Source of the DNA: Candidatus Calditenuaceae archaeon HR02 | GTDB taxonomy: Archaea; Thermoproteota; Nitrososphaeria_A; Caldarchaeales; Calditenuaceae | Assembly (NCBI GenBank): GCA_002898395.1 | Contig: BEHE01000003.1 | Span: 87,519 to 119,518 of the forward strand | Length of the DNA: 32,000 nt | Direction of reading: 5' to 3' | Part shown: one piece after another, positions 1 through 8,548 of the stretch | Position numbering within the stretch: the first letter of the stretch is position 1 | How the letters are laid out: the number at the start of each line of letters is the position of its first letter | The notes under the pieces: model-generated | Told to the model about the DNA's origin: nothing | The model's database searches: none | Seen by the model: the letters and a program-made list of their open reading frames with translations, nothing else | Position numbers and translations under genes: made by a program

Positions 1-414
1 AGGCTCTGCGAGAGGGAGTTGGAAGTGCTCTCAACTCTTATCGCAGATATCTTTAATGCAAGGTTGGAGAAGATCGTGAGGGCCGCCATAAGAGGCGAGG
101 CTATTGAAAACCTACTCCCAGCCGAGAGTAGGCTCTACGAAAGCCTCACCAAATCCCTAGCAGTCTACAAGGAGTATATCGAATATTGTTCTGAGACGCT
201 TGACCTCACCAGGGAGCTTGCAGAGTCTGTCGACAAGGTTGTAGTAGGGTTTTTGAAGGATGCACCGGCCATAGTTGACGCAGATGGCGTCACTAGGGGC
301 CCATTCCGCGAGGGCTCCATCGCATCGTTGGATCACCGGACCGCAGACTTGCTAGAAAAGGGTGGCTACGTCAGACGTCTCCCACTCATTAGAGGCGCGT
401 CTCCCGAGGGATAG
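1..414 (+). CDS. GINS subunit, Gins51/Gins15-like (5' end cut by window edge)
   Basis: The frame is open from base 1, so the track start at 19 (TTG) is probably internal. A helical part with ARLEKIVRAAI (R-x-x-KI-x-x-A pattern) is followed by the beta-rich VVVGFLKDAPAIVDADGVTRGPFREGSIASLDHRTADLLEKGGYV. This is the A-then-B domain order of archaeal Gins51. Recognised from memory of the family only. Confidence 0.5.
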   Translation, partial: RLCERELEVLSTLIADIFNARLEKIVRAAIRGEAIENLLPAESRLYESLTKSLAVYKEYIEYCSETLDLTRELAESVDKVVVGFLKDAPAIVDADGVTRGPFREGSIASLDHRTADLLEKGGYVRRLPLIRGASPEG

Positions 415-466
415 GTAGAATCACGTATTTGTATTAGGTTTGGTTAGGAATTCCTAGGACCCTGAA

Positions 467-1558
467 ATGCAGGGAGACATGGACCGGGAGACACGGCTGA
501 TCGAGGAGTTCGGCCTAAGAAGTATAACTGGGCAGGAGCTAGGGATTGATCACTATTTTGCGAGGAGGGGCATCATCTATGCGTGCAGGGGGTATGAGGA
601 GTTGATGGAGGCTCTACAGAGCGGCAACTTTTACACTCTGACCGGAATCATGCCCTCATCAGAGCGGATCCACCTAGGTACAATGGCTGTGGTGGAGGCC
701 GTAAAGTGCTTCTCCGACAGGACTAAGCAGACCATCCTCCTAGTCGCTGATTTGGAGTCTCTAGCAACTAGGGAGGTGAGCTTGGAAGAGGCAAGGAGGA
801 TAGCCTTTGAGTTCCACATTCCCACTTATCTGGCTCTGGGAATAGATCCTGAGAAGTGCGTCTTCTACTTCCAGTCAGAGAACAAGGATATCCACAAGAT
901 AGCTGCTGACGCCTCGAGGGAGATTACGCTCCAAGAATTCAGGGCTGTTTACGGCCTCCTAGAGCCGTCCCGTATAATATCATCTCTCTACCAGATAGGT
1001 GATATCCTATTTCCCCAGCTTGTAAGGCCTATGATAGGCGTAATCCCAGTGGGTCTGGACCAGGACCCACATATCAGGCTCTGCCGGGACTATGTTAGAC
1101 GCTCCAAGTTCTTCCAGTTCAAGCAGGCTGTCGGCGTATACATCAGGGATGTGCCCAGCCTGAAGGGAGAGGGGAAAATGAGTAAGAGCGAGCCACACGC
1201 AGCAATCTTCCTGCCCGAAGACGACTACAAAGAGCTGAAAAGAAAAGTATACAAGGCCTTCTCAGGCGGAGCCAACACGCTGGAAGAGCAGAGAAAATAC
1301 GGCGCAGACCTGGAGAAGGATGTTCCCTACAAAATCCTACAATTCATCCTAAAGGACGACTCCGAACTCCAGCGCATAGCAGAAAGCTACTCGAGCGGTC
1401 AAATGATAAGCGGCGAGATAAAGGAATACCTGTATCAGAGGCTAGTCGAGCTGATGCAGGACCTCAAAGCCAAGATCGAGCAATACAGAGAGACGGTCAA
1501 ACGGAAGGAGATCAGGATAATAAGTTCGGCCAGAGAGCTGGCTGAATACCTCGCCTAA
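467..1558 (+). CDS. trpS: tryptophan--tRNA ligase (archaeal/eukaryotic-type class I aaRS)
   Basis: The KMSKS loop is literal (GKMSKSEP). The HIGH region is the variant ERIHLGT. GLDQDPHIRLCRDY matches the DQDP(Y/H)xR block of archaeal TrpRS. The C-terminal GG..TLEEQRKYGADLEKDV...SGEIKEYL is typical of TrpRS. The 363-aa size fits. Confidence 0.8.
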   Translation: MQGDMDRETRLIEEFGLRSITGQELGIDHYFARRGIIYACRGYEELMEALQSGNFYTLTGIMPSSERIHLGTMAVVEAVKCFSDRTKQTILLVADLESLATREVSLEEARRIAFEFHIPTYLALGIDPEKCVFYFQSENKDIHKIAADASREITLQEFRAVYGLLEPSRIISSLYQIGDILFPQLVRPMIGVIPVGLDQDPHIRLCRDYVRRSKFFQFKQAVGVYIRDVPSLKGEGKMSKSEPHAAIFLPEDDYKELKRKVYKAFSGGANTLEEQRKYGADLEKDVPYKILQFILKDDSELQRIAESYSSGQMISGEIKEYLYQRLVELMQDLKAKIEQYRETVKRKEIRIISSARELAEYLA

Positions 1559-1728
1559 GTATTCTAGCGGGGATCGCGGAGGCTCTAAGTACGCTCACAT
1601 TATGTGGAAGTGTTTTAGAAGCATGGATCATTAAATCAATAATCGGGCTCATTATATGTAATTCATTAAATTGTTCTTAACTAGCTAAAATCCTAAATAA
1701 TTAATTGACTTTAAGTGCTTCCGACAGC

Positions 1729-1736
1729 TTATAAAT
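1729..1736 (+). promoter_or_regulatory. TATA-like box (TTATAAAT) upstream of the SagB-type gene
   Basis: An AT-rich octamer lies ~30 nt upstream of ATG 1767, at the end of a very AT-rich 180-nt intergenic region. Confidence 0.4.
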
Positions 1737-1766
1737 CTCCCATACGTGATTGAGGGTGGAGACCTC

Positions 1767-2486
1767 ATGAAACGTAGAGCATTTCTGGCATATATTCTTG
1801 TCCCGGCTTTATCAGTTCTTGTATTAGCCTTGATTGGCTATGGCGGACGTGATAGAAGAATATCGAGACCACTTGAGAAGATATCTTTGCCGCCTCCAAG
1901 ATATAATAGCAGCGTATCTATCGAGTATGCTTTGAAAGTTAGGAGGTCTATAAGGGAGTACGAAAATAAGCCTTTAACATTAGAACAGGTGGCTCAACTG
2001 GCTTGGGCTGCTCAAGGGATAACAGATGAAAGATATGGTTTTAGAACTGCCCCATCTGCTGGAGCCACATACCCTCTCGAGATCTACATAATTTGTAAGA
2101 AGAATGGTGTAGAAGGATTGTCTGAAGGAGTATACCATTATCTACCAAGAGAACATGCATTGGAACTAGTCAAGAGAGGAGATTACAGTAGAGAGTTGAT
2201 GAGTGCATGTCTCGATCAAGAATGGGTTAGGGATGCAGCGGTAAATATTGTCATCACAGCTAACTATGAGAGAACTACCTACAGGTATGGAGAGAGAGGT
2301 AGAATTAGATACGTACACATGGAGGTGGGGCACGTCGGCCAAAACGTATACCTGCAATGTGTAAGCCTTGGACTAGGGTGCGTAGTCATCGGGGCATTCT
2401 ATGACGAGGAAATAAAGAGAATATTGGGTGTCGATGAAGAACCTCTTTACGTGATTCCCGTTGGAGTTAAGAAGGGCGGATGGTAG
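1767..2486 (+). CDS. SagB/ThcOx-type nitroreductase-fold FMN dehydrogenase with twin-arginine-like N-terminal signal/anchor
   Basis: The track ORF is 1746..2486 (GTG). ATG 1767 is preferred because of the TATA position. Motifs RRSIREY, PSAGATYPLEIY, GVYHYLPREHAL and YGERGRIRYVHMEVGHVGQNVYL fit the SagB-type dehydrogenase domain. The N-terminus MKRRAFLAY plus a hydrophobic stretch resembles a Tat signal (RRxFL). Confidence 0.75.
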   Translation: MKRRAFLAYILVPALSVLVLALIGYGGRDRRISRPLEKISLPPPRYNSSVSIEYALKVRRSIREYENKPLTLEQVAQLAWAAQGITDERYGFRTAPSAGATYPLEIYIICKKNGVEGLSEGVYHYLPREHALELVKRGDYSRELMSACLDQEWVRDAAVNIVITANYERTTYRYGERGRIRYVHMEVGHVGQNVYLQCVSLGLGCVVIGAFYDEEIKRILGVDEEPLYVIPVGVKKGGW

Positions 2487-3066
2487 TAGTAAAGGGGCGG
2501 TTAGTAGAATAGGTTCACGAATATTAGGTATATCTGTTATTGTTTTTCTCCTTGTATATGCATATCCCCGTTTCTATCTATCCTTGATGGAGTCGCCTAG
2601 TTATCTTGTAGAGGAGTTCAGGGGCGGCGGTGTGATCGGATATAGGTATGCCTATGTGGGCGCATGGATGATTATTCTCTCCCAGCTATACGTATTCGCG
2701 AAATATCTTGTCAAGTATTTCAGAGTAAGGATTAAGCTTGCGAGATGGCTAGATATACACTGTACTCTAAACGTTACAGGCTTCGTCTTGGTGCTCATCC
2801 ACGCAGGGTTTCCATACGCTTTTAGATACTGGGAACCCTTTACGAGATTGGAAATTTTTGGAGGGCTTGAGGGGTTAATAGGCATTAGAGGACTGTTAAC
2901 ATGGCTGCTCATATCGGCGTTCATCTCAGGCATGCTAAGTAGGTATGGGGGCAGCCTCCGTCTGAAAAGAATCTTAAGCAAGGTGCACGTCTACTCGGTG
3001 TTATCAACATATGTTTCCGCATCTATCCACATATTACTATCAATAACTTTTCCAGAAACAAGGTGA
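2461..3066 (+). CDS. polytopic membrane protein with two His-x13-His helices (cytochrome b / ferric-reductase-domain-like, putative di-haem)
   Basis: The protein has 4-5 hydrophobic helices. DIH-(13 residues)-H in LIHAG and KVH-(13 residues)-H in SIHIL sit on two separate helices. The ORF overlaps the upstream gene by 26 nt (TTG start; the true start is uncertain). The function call is inference. Confidence 0.5.
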   Translation: MELRRADGSSKGAVSRIGSRILGISVIVFLLVYAYPRFYLSLMESPSYLVEEFRGGGVIGYRYAYVGAWMIILSQLYVFAKYLVKYFRVRIKLARWLDIHCTLNVTGFVLVLIHAGFPYAFRYWEPFTRLEIFGGLEGLIGIRGLLTWLLISAFISGMLSRYGGSLRLKRILSKVHVYSVLSTYVSASIHILLSITFPETR

Positions 3067-3196
3067 AGACTCATACTAAACCTTAAACTGAATATACGGA
3101 GCGGCTGTGAAGAATATTTAGTTGAGCCAACCGCAAAAATCCTACCCTAGCGGGGCTCCCTACTCTCGCAAACTTTACAGTTTTACCTGGAAAGCC

Positions 3197-3202
3197 TTTA
3201 AT
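3197..3202 (+). promoter_or_regulatory. TATA-like box (TTTAAT) upstream of the SRP RNA
   Basis: It lies 27-32 nt upstream of the predicted 5' end of the RNA at 3229. Confidence 0.4.
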
Positions 3203-3228
3203 GCTTAGAAGAGCAGCTAGGTATTCTT

Positions 3229-3551
3229 GGGGTGGCGGGTAGGGCCGGGGGGCTAGCCCTCCCCTACAACCTGAAACGGGCTTAGGCAGGGGCCAGCAAC
3301 CGACTGGAAGGGGTGTCCGGCCCTCTGCACGGCCTAGACGAAGGGTGTGAGGCCGCGTCCCACCGGAGAACGGTAGGGTGCGGCGCCACGCGTAAGCGTG
3401 GCCTCCCACACCCGCATGCACCGAACCGCGTCAGGCCCGGGAGGGAGCAGCGCTAAGGTGCAGCCGGGCTGCTGGTGGGGGTGCGTGGCTGACTGAATCG
3501 TCTAGGCGCGGCAGAGGCCCCGGCCCTCGACCAGCCGGAGCCGCCACCCCC
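3229..3551 (+). ncRNA. signal recognition particle RNA (archaeal 7S RNA)
   Basis: GTCAGGCCCGGGAGGGAGCAGC at ~3429-3450 matches the universally conserved SRP helix-8 5' strand (E. coli 4.5S: GUCAGGUCCGGAAGGAAGCAGC). The 5' GGGGTGGCGG (3229-3238) is perfectly complementary to the 3' CCGCCACCCC (3541-3550), closing the molecule. The region is very GC-rich, ~320 nt long, and is followed by a T-run. Confidence 0.9.
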
Positions 3552-3600
3552 TCTAACAATGTAGAGTTTTAATTAGGGCGCACAAATACGTGGGATAGGC

Positions 3601-4068
3601 ATGGCTAGTGAGGAGGATTTTTCATTGGAGGAGGAGTTGAAGCGGCTTAGGGAGGAGAACCTTTACCTCAGGGCCGAGATTGAGAACCTCAAAAAGTTGA
3701 TGGCTAAAGAAGTAGAGAAAGCCAGCCGCGCAGTCGCTGAGAAACTACTGTTAGACATGGTCTTGATCTATGAGGAGGTTGAGAGAGTATTTGCGAGCAT
3801 CCTAAACAACTCTGACCAGAAACAGGTCACGGAGGGTATCGGCATTCTCCTGAAAGAGATAAGGAAGCTGCTGGCTGAGCAAGGTGTCAACCAATTAGAA
3901 ACGATAGGGAGGAAGTTTGACCCATTCATCCACGAGGCGGTCGGCTTCGTAGAGAGAGACGACGTTGAAGATGAGACTATAGTGGCAGAGATTAGCAAAG
4001 GGTATGAATACGTTGGTAAGATTCTAAAACCCCCAAGAGTTATAGTGGCTAGAAGGAGCCGGTCGTAG
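3601..4068 (+). CDS. grpE: nucleotide exchange factor GrpE
   Basis: An N-terminal coiled coil with LRAEIENLKK matches the AEFENYRKR block. GRKFDPFIHEAV matches the FDPxxHEA signature. The C-terminal KGYEYVGKILKPPRVIVAR matches GY..g.vlRpa.V.V. TTTTAATTAG lies ~30 nt upstream of the ATG. Confidence 0.8.
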   Translation: MASEEDFSLEEELKRLREENLYLRAEIENLKKLMAKEVEKASRAVAEKLLLDMVLIYEEVERVFASILNNSDQKQVTEGIGILLKEIRKLLAEQGVNQLETIGRKFDPFIHEAVGFVERDDVEDETIVAEISKGYEYVGKILKPPRVIVARRSRS

Positions 4069-4140
4069 CTTCTCGACCGCGCATAAGCGTGAACATAGGT
4101 TTAATCTGTTCCCTCTCCTAACTATCAACGGGGGAGGAAA

Positions 4141-4791
4141 GTGGCGCGGAATAGATGGCTCGCGGAGAGGCGTGCCGATCCTTGGGTCAGGATGGCTAAG
4201 AGGGAGGGCTACCCATCCAGGGCGGCATACAAGCTCAAACACATCCAGAGGCTATACTCAATCATAAGCCCTGGAGATGTTGTAGTCGAGCTTGGGGCTG
4301 CACCTGGCGGGATGTTGAAGGTGGCCTCCGAGCTGGTAGGTGAACGTGGGCTTGTTTTGGGCGTTGATATTAGGCCGATACACTGCACTGAGGAGAATGT
4401 CAGGCATCTAAAAATCGACATCTACGATCCCTCAGCGCCAAGAGAAGTAATGAGGCTCCTAGATGGTGTGAGATGTGACGTTCTCATATCCGACGCCTCC
4501 CCAAACCTAATAGGTGTCCCCGAGATAGATACGCTTAAGCAGCTAGACATAGTTATAAGGTGCTGCGAGATTGCAGACGAAGTGTTGAAAGATGGTGGCA
4601 ATATCATGCTCAAGGCCTTCGAGTGCCCAGAGCTCGCGCGGTTAGACAGAGTTCTCCGTAGCTGCTTTGACAACTACAAGAGAGTCACTACTCCACCAAG
4701 CCTGAGGAAGCATAGCTCGGAGGTCTATCTGGTGGGTATCGGTAGGTGGGAGGCGCCAATTGCCCCACTGCTAAGGGCTGCGGTTGGGTAA
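4141..4791 (+). CDS. rlmE: 23S rRNA 2'-O-ribose methyltransferase RlmE/FtsJ
   Basis: RADPWVRMAKREGYPSRAAYKLKHIQ is the typical FtsJ N-terminus. The SAM loop is VVELGAAPGGM. DVLISDASPN and KAFE motifs are present. Confidence 0.85.
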   Translation: MARNRWLAERRADPWVRMAKREGYPSRAAYKLKHIQRLYSIISPGDVVVELGAAPGGMLKVASELVGERGLVLGVDIRPIHCTEENVRHLKIDIYDPSAPREVMRLLDGVRCDVLISDASPNLIGVPEIDTLKQLDIVIRCCEIADEVLKDGGNIMLKAFECPELARLDRVLRSCFDNYKRVTTPPSLRKHSSEVYLVGIGRWEAPIAPLLRAAVG

Positions 4792-4798
4792 ACCTGCT

Positions 4799-6250
4799 TC
4801 ATCGCGTAAGAGTCAGTAAGTGAACCGAACAAGCCGGTAGACTCAATATAATCTCCCCATTTCTACTCTCCACCTTTTCACTGTCTCTCGGAACAACTTT
4901 ACCCGGCTCTTCGAACGTATTTCTGTCATCGGGAGTGGAGCCAGCCAGGTATCTATGCTTCACGCTCTTAAAGTCAAAGCCTGCAACGCGGATACTGCAA
5001 TCAACCGCCTCATCTTGTGACCCATTCACTATGTGCACATACATTTTATTACCATCGCAGCTAGCCACCGCATCGACTGCCTGGACATTCTCCTCGGCCT
5101 CTTCCGAGTATAGTGTTGGTCCAACAACGCCAGTCCAAGCAACCTGTCTCCCAACGTTGGGTGCGAAGAGCTCATAGACATAGTACTGGGGGCTCAAGAC
5201 CATCCTCTCGTCGTCCCCTGTCGAGATAAGTGGCAGAACATTCACGGTCTGTGCGAAACAAGCTATCGGAACCATCCTCGATATCTTCTGGAGCTTAATC
5301 AACACTAGGCCCGTAAAAACGGCGTCCCTCATCGACGTGAATTGAACATGCATAGGGGGTACGGCCTCCTTGTACCAGACATTCCACTCATCAAATGCTA
5401 GTCTAATCCTCTTTACACCGAACTTGCGGCATGTAGCCTCCACAGTTTTGTATATCGAAGTTAGGTTACGCTCAATCTGTAGTGCGGCGGCGATAAGGTC
5501 TTCATGCTTTTTGGGACAGAAAACGTATGTGTGTACAGAGAGATAGTCGATGTAGTTGCCGGCAATCTTTATCATGTCTATATTCCACTCTGGATCGTTA
5601 TCGATGCCGCAGCCCACAATCTCGATGCTTTTATCAACTCTCCTCATTAAGTTTACAAACTCGATTGTCCTCCGCGCACACTCGGCGCCATCGATACAGA
5701 AGCCAACCTGCCAGCGGCCATATAGTTCGTTCCCGACACCCCACAGCTTGACGTTGAAGGGCTCAGACCATCCATCTCTCTTCCTGAGAGACGAATAGTA
5801 TGTATCGCCCCTAGAGTTGCAGTACTCTACCCAGGCTGCCGCCTCCTCCGGCGTACCACTACCCGCGTTAACGACGATAAATGGCTCGGTGCCCACAAGC
5901 CTACACCACTCGATAAATTCCACAGTCCCAAACTCGTTGGGCTCAACCCCCTCCCAAGCTAGTTCGAACTTTCGGGGACGGTGGAGTCTAGGCCCAATCC
6001 CATCCATCCAGTGGTAGGCAGAGGAGAAGTTCCCTCCAGGCCACCTAGTAAGTGGAGGGGATATTCTTTTCACAGCTTCGAGCACGTCAAATCTATAGCC
6101 TCTCAGGTTTGGGATTGGTGAGTTTTCTCCCACCCAAATCCCCCCGTATATGCAGCGACCTAGATGCTCAATGAACTGGCCGAAAACCCGCCTATCAAGA
6201 GGCCCAGCTTTGGAACTGGCGTCCACCCAGACTGTGGCGTGCCTTCTCAC
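4799..6250 (-). CDS. alpha-L-arabinofuranosidase, GH51-like
   Basis: GGIWVGENSPIPN, RWPGGNFSSAYHWMDGIGP, PNEFGT.EFIEWCRLVGTEPFIVVNAGSGTPEEAAAWVEYCN and WGVGNELYG (acid/base Glu context) all fit GH51. No signal peptide is seen. Confidence 0.8.
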   Translation of the reverse strand: MRRHATVWVDASSKAGPLDRRVFGQFIEHLGRCIYGGIWVGENSPIPNLRGYRFDVLEAVKRISPPLTRWPGGNFSSAYHWMDGIGPRLHRPRKFELAWEGVEPNEFGTVEFIEWCRLVGTEPFIVVNAGSGTPEEAAAWVEYCNSRGDTYYSSLRKRDGWSEPFNVKLWGVGNELYGRWQVGFCIDGAECARRTIEFVNLMRRVDKSIEIVGCGIDNDPEWNIDMIKIAGNYIDYLSVHTYVFCPKKHEDLIAAALQIERNLTSIYKTVEATCRKFGVKRIRLAFDEWNVWYKEAVPPMHVQFTSMRDAVFTGLVLIKLQKISRMVPIACFAQTVNVLPLISTGDDERMVLSPQYYVYELFAPNVGRQVAWTGVVGPTLYSEEAEENVQAVDAVASCDGNKMYVHIVNGSQDEAVDCSIRVAGFDFKSVKHRYLAGSTPDDRNTFEEPGKVVPRDSEKVESRNGEIILSLPACSVHLLTLTR

Positions 6251-6285
6251 GTTTTAGTCTCTGACTCGCCATGATATATTCATAG

Positions 6286-7308
6286 TCATGGTTTTTCAGC
6301 AGATATTCTCTCGCGCGCACCTAGGTTTAGCGTGACTTCGCAGATGTCCGAGCTATATTCTGCGATTCGACGGATGTCTTGGGCCAGCATGATGACACCA
6401 ACGTCAGTCTCCCATCTTCCTCCCTTTTTCTTTGTAATGTCCATGAGCAGAAGCTCAAACGCCTCGATCTTCTTCATGGCTTGACGGGCTTTCGAAATAC
6501 TTCGCTCCAGCAACGCGGTCTTAGCCTCGGTGAAGAGGCTGCTAGCCTCGTAGCCGGCCCTAATTAGCTCTGGTGGCGGGGTCTTAGTCTGTCTCTCACC
6601 TACTAGGAAGTAGGCTATAGACGTTGCATGGTCTGCCGCTCTCTCGATTGTTTTAGCGGCTATGATATAGGATAGGCACTCTTGTGGGTTTTTGAGGCCG
6701 AGTGCCGCAAGTCTTCGGGGGCTTGAGATGCCTATGTTGAGCTGCCTCACTGCGAAGTGGTAGAACCTGTCCACGTCGTAGTCCCTCTGTATTATGTCTT
6801 GGGCAAGTCCCTCATCGTTGTTCTCAATCGCGTATAGGGCGTCCATCTGCATACTCGCTGCGAGGTCCGCCATCCTCTCGATAACCTTGACCGGCTGTAG
6901 GCTGTCATGGGTGGGCAGGCACTGCGTGACTATTCCGTGGAAGGTCTCGCCGACTATCTCGACACCAACTAGCCACCTCCTCATCATATCCTTCAACTCT
7001 TTAGTGTGCCTGTACCCAGACTCCCCGAACTCAAGCCTAATGACATTAAACCCTGCAATGTACATCGAAAGATAGAGCCGCAGAACCTCCTCGGGCCCCG
7101 CATCGGCAGGAACCTTGACAACGGCCTCCTCGATGGCTTCCTGCCCATCCAGCGCAGTTGGCCATATGATAAGCCCCCCACCAGGCTCCTCCATCAAGTA
7201 GAGCTCGTCATGGGGCTTCAGACCGACCCTTCTAACCCACTCCTGCGGCAATGAAACGATGAGTGTCGAGCCACCTGTTTTCTGCACGCGGCGGGAGTAG
7301 ACAGGCAT
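6286..7308 (-). CDS. AbrB/SpoVT-domain + tandem PhoU-domain phosphate uptake regulator (archaeal type)
   Basis: The N-terminus RRVQKTGGSTLIVSLPQEWVRRVGLKPHDEL is a SpoVT/AbrB swapped-hairpin motif. The rest is helical with two PhoU-like repeats (IIQRDYDVDRFYHF; IERAADHATSIA / IRRIAEYSSDI). It is divergent from pstS. Confidence 0.75.
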   Translation of the reverse strand: MPVYSRRVQKTGGSTLIVSLPQEWVRRVGLKPHDELYLMEEPGGGLIIWPTALDGQEAIEEAVVKVPADAGPEEVLRLYLSMYIAGFNVIRLEFGESGYRHTKELKDMMRRWLVGVEIVGETFHGIVTQCLPTHDSLQPVKVIERMADLAASMQMDALYAIENNDEGLAQDIIQRDYDVDRFYHFAVRQLNIGISSPRRLAALGLKNPQECLSYIIAAKTIERAADHATSIAYFLVGERQTKTPPPELIRAGYEASSLFTEAKTALLERSISKARQAMKKIEAFELLLMDITKKKGGRWETDVGVIMLAQDIRRIAEYSSDICEVTLNLGARERISAEKP

Positions 7309-7338
7309 ATTGCCTCGACTATGTAGTGGCGATGGTTG

Positions 7339-7375
7339 AATATATAGGCACCACTTTATTTTATCTCCTATATAG
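7339..7375. promoter_or_regulatory. divergent promoter region with two TATA-like boxes (GAATATATAGG and CTATATAG)
   Basis: Two TATA-like elements sit in the 84-nt spacer between the AbrB-PhoU regulator (-) and pstS (+). Confidence 0.35.
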
Positions 7376-7392
7376 AGATGTGTGAATAAAAT

Positions 7393-8523
7393 ATGGAATA
7401 TAGGTTTGGCTTAAATAGTCAATATAGCGCTGTTAAGGCCGAGATGATGGCAAATCCGAAAATGTTTGGTTTAATCTTGACGTTCCTGCTGGTAGGGGGT
7501 GTTGTTGGATACGTCGGCGGCTGGTATGCTGCGGGGTCTTCAAATGCTGGCGTTCTGACAGTCACGGAAAAAATAACTGTGACCGCGGGAGGACAGACCC
7601 AGACAGGTGGCCAGCTGGTCGGTGAGATCGTCATCGATGGCTCAAGTACTGTCTATCCAATAACCGAGGCAGTTGCGGAAGCCTTCATGAAGATTCATCC
7701 TGAAGTGAAGATATCAGTCGGAATATCGGGGACCGGGGGCGGCTTTAAAAGATTCGTAGTGGGTGAGACAGACATCAACGACGCCTCTAGACCTATTCTG
7801 AAGAGCGAGGCTGAAGCAGCCCAGTCCAACGGAATCGAGTGGATCGAGATACCCGTCGCTATAGACGGCTTAGTGGTTGTGGTGAGTAGGCAGAACGACT
7901 GGGTGGACTGCCTAACGATCTCAGAGCTTAAGAAGATTTGGGAGCCGGGAAGCAAGGTATCAAAGTGGAGTGACATAAGACCTGGATGGCCCGATGCACC
8001 TATACTTCTCTACGGCCCGGGCCCCGACTCAGGCACATTCGACTACTTTACCGAGAGGATTGTTGGGAAGCTAAAGGCCAGTAGGACAGACTATGTTGCT
8101 TCCGAGGACGATAACGTCTTGGTAGCTGGCGTAGAGGGTGAGAAGAACGCGCTAGGATACTTCGGCTACGCATATTATCCCCCAGCGGCCAATAGGATTA
8201 GAGTCGTACCAATACGGGATGACGCCGTATCGGGTTCAGAATGTATCGTGCCTACGGACGCGACTGTAAGCTCGTTTGCATATCCTCTCTCGAGACCAAT
8301 ATTCATATATGTCAACAAGAAGGCGTGGAATGAGAAGCCGTGGCTGAGAGAGTTTGTGGTCTTCTACCTTGAGAATGGGGAGGGATTTGTGAAACAGGTG
8401 GGCTATACACCGTTTTTGTCGCAGTACTATAAAGCGGCTGCTGCACTCCTAAGAGCCGGTGTAACCGACGCGCTATACTCGCTCTCGATGGTCACTAATT
8501 GGAAGAATGCGGGGCCGCATTAG
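7393..8523 (+). CDS. pstS: phosphate ABC transporter substrate-binding protein PstS
   Basis: IDGSSTVYPITEAVAEAF...ISVGISGTGGGFKRF..GETDINDASRPI is the PstS/PBP signature, preceded by an N-terminal hydrophobic anchor. Alternative in-frame starts lie at 7444/7447 (MMANPK). Confidence 0.9.
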   Translation: MEYRFGLNSQYSAVKAEMMANPKMFGLILTFLLVGGVVGYVGGWYAAGSSNAGVLTVTEKITVTAGGQTQTGGQLVGEIVIDGSSTVYPITEAVAEAFMKIHPEVKISVGISGTGGGFKRFVVGETDINDASRPILKSEAEAAQSNGIEWIEIPVAIDGLVVVVSRQNDWVDCLTISELKKIWEPGSKVSKWSDIRPGWPDAPILLYGPGPDSGTFDYFTERIVGKLKASRTDYVASEDDNVLVAGVEGEKNALGYFGYAYYPPAANRIRVVPIRDDAVSGSECIVPTDATVSSFAYPLSRPIFIYVNKKAWNEKPWLREFVVFYLENGEGFVKQVGYTPFLSQYYKAAAALLRAGVTDALYSLSMVTNWKNAGPH

Positions 8524-8548
8524 CTAATAACTATGAATAAGGTGGCGA

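Noticed and set aside
1746-2486. SagB-type dehydrogenase as a marker of a TOMM/RiPP (thiazole/oxazole) cluster
   Set aside because: No YcaO/cyclodehydratase, docking protein or short precursor-peptide ORF is present on either side. The neighbours are trpS, a membrane protein and the SRP RNA.
3083-3421. 112-aa minus-strand ORF rich in R/G/P/A
   Set aside because: It lies antisense or overlapping to the SRP RNA. Its composition is what a GC-rich structured RNA gives in any frame, and no protein motif is present.
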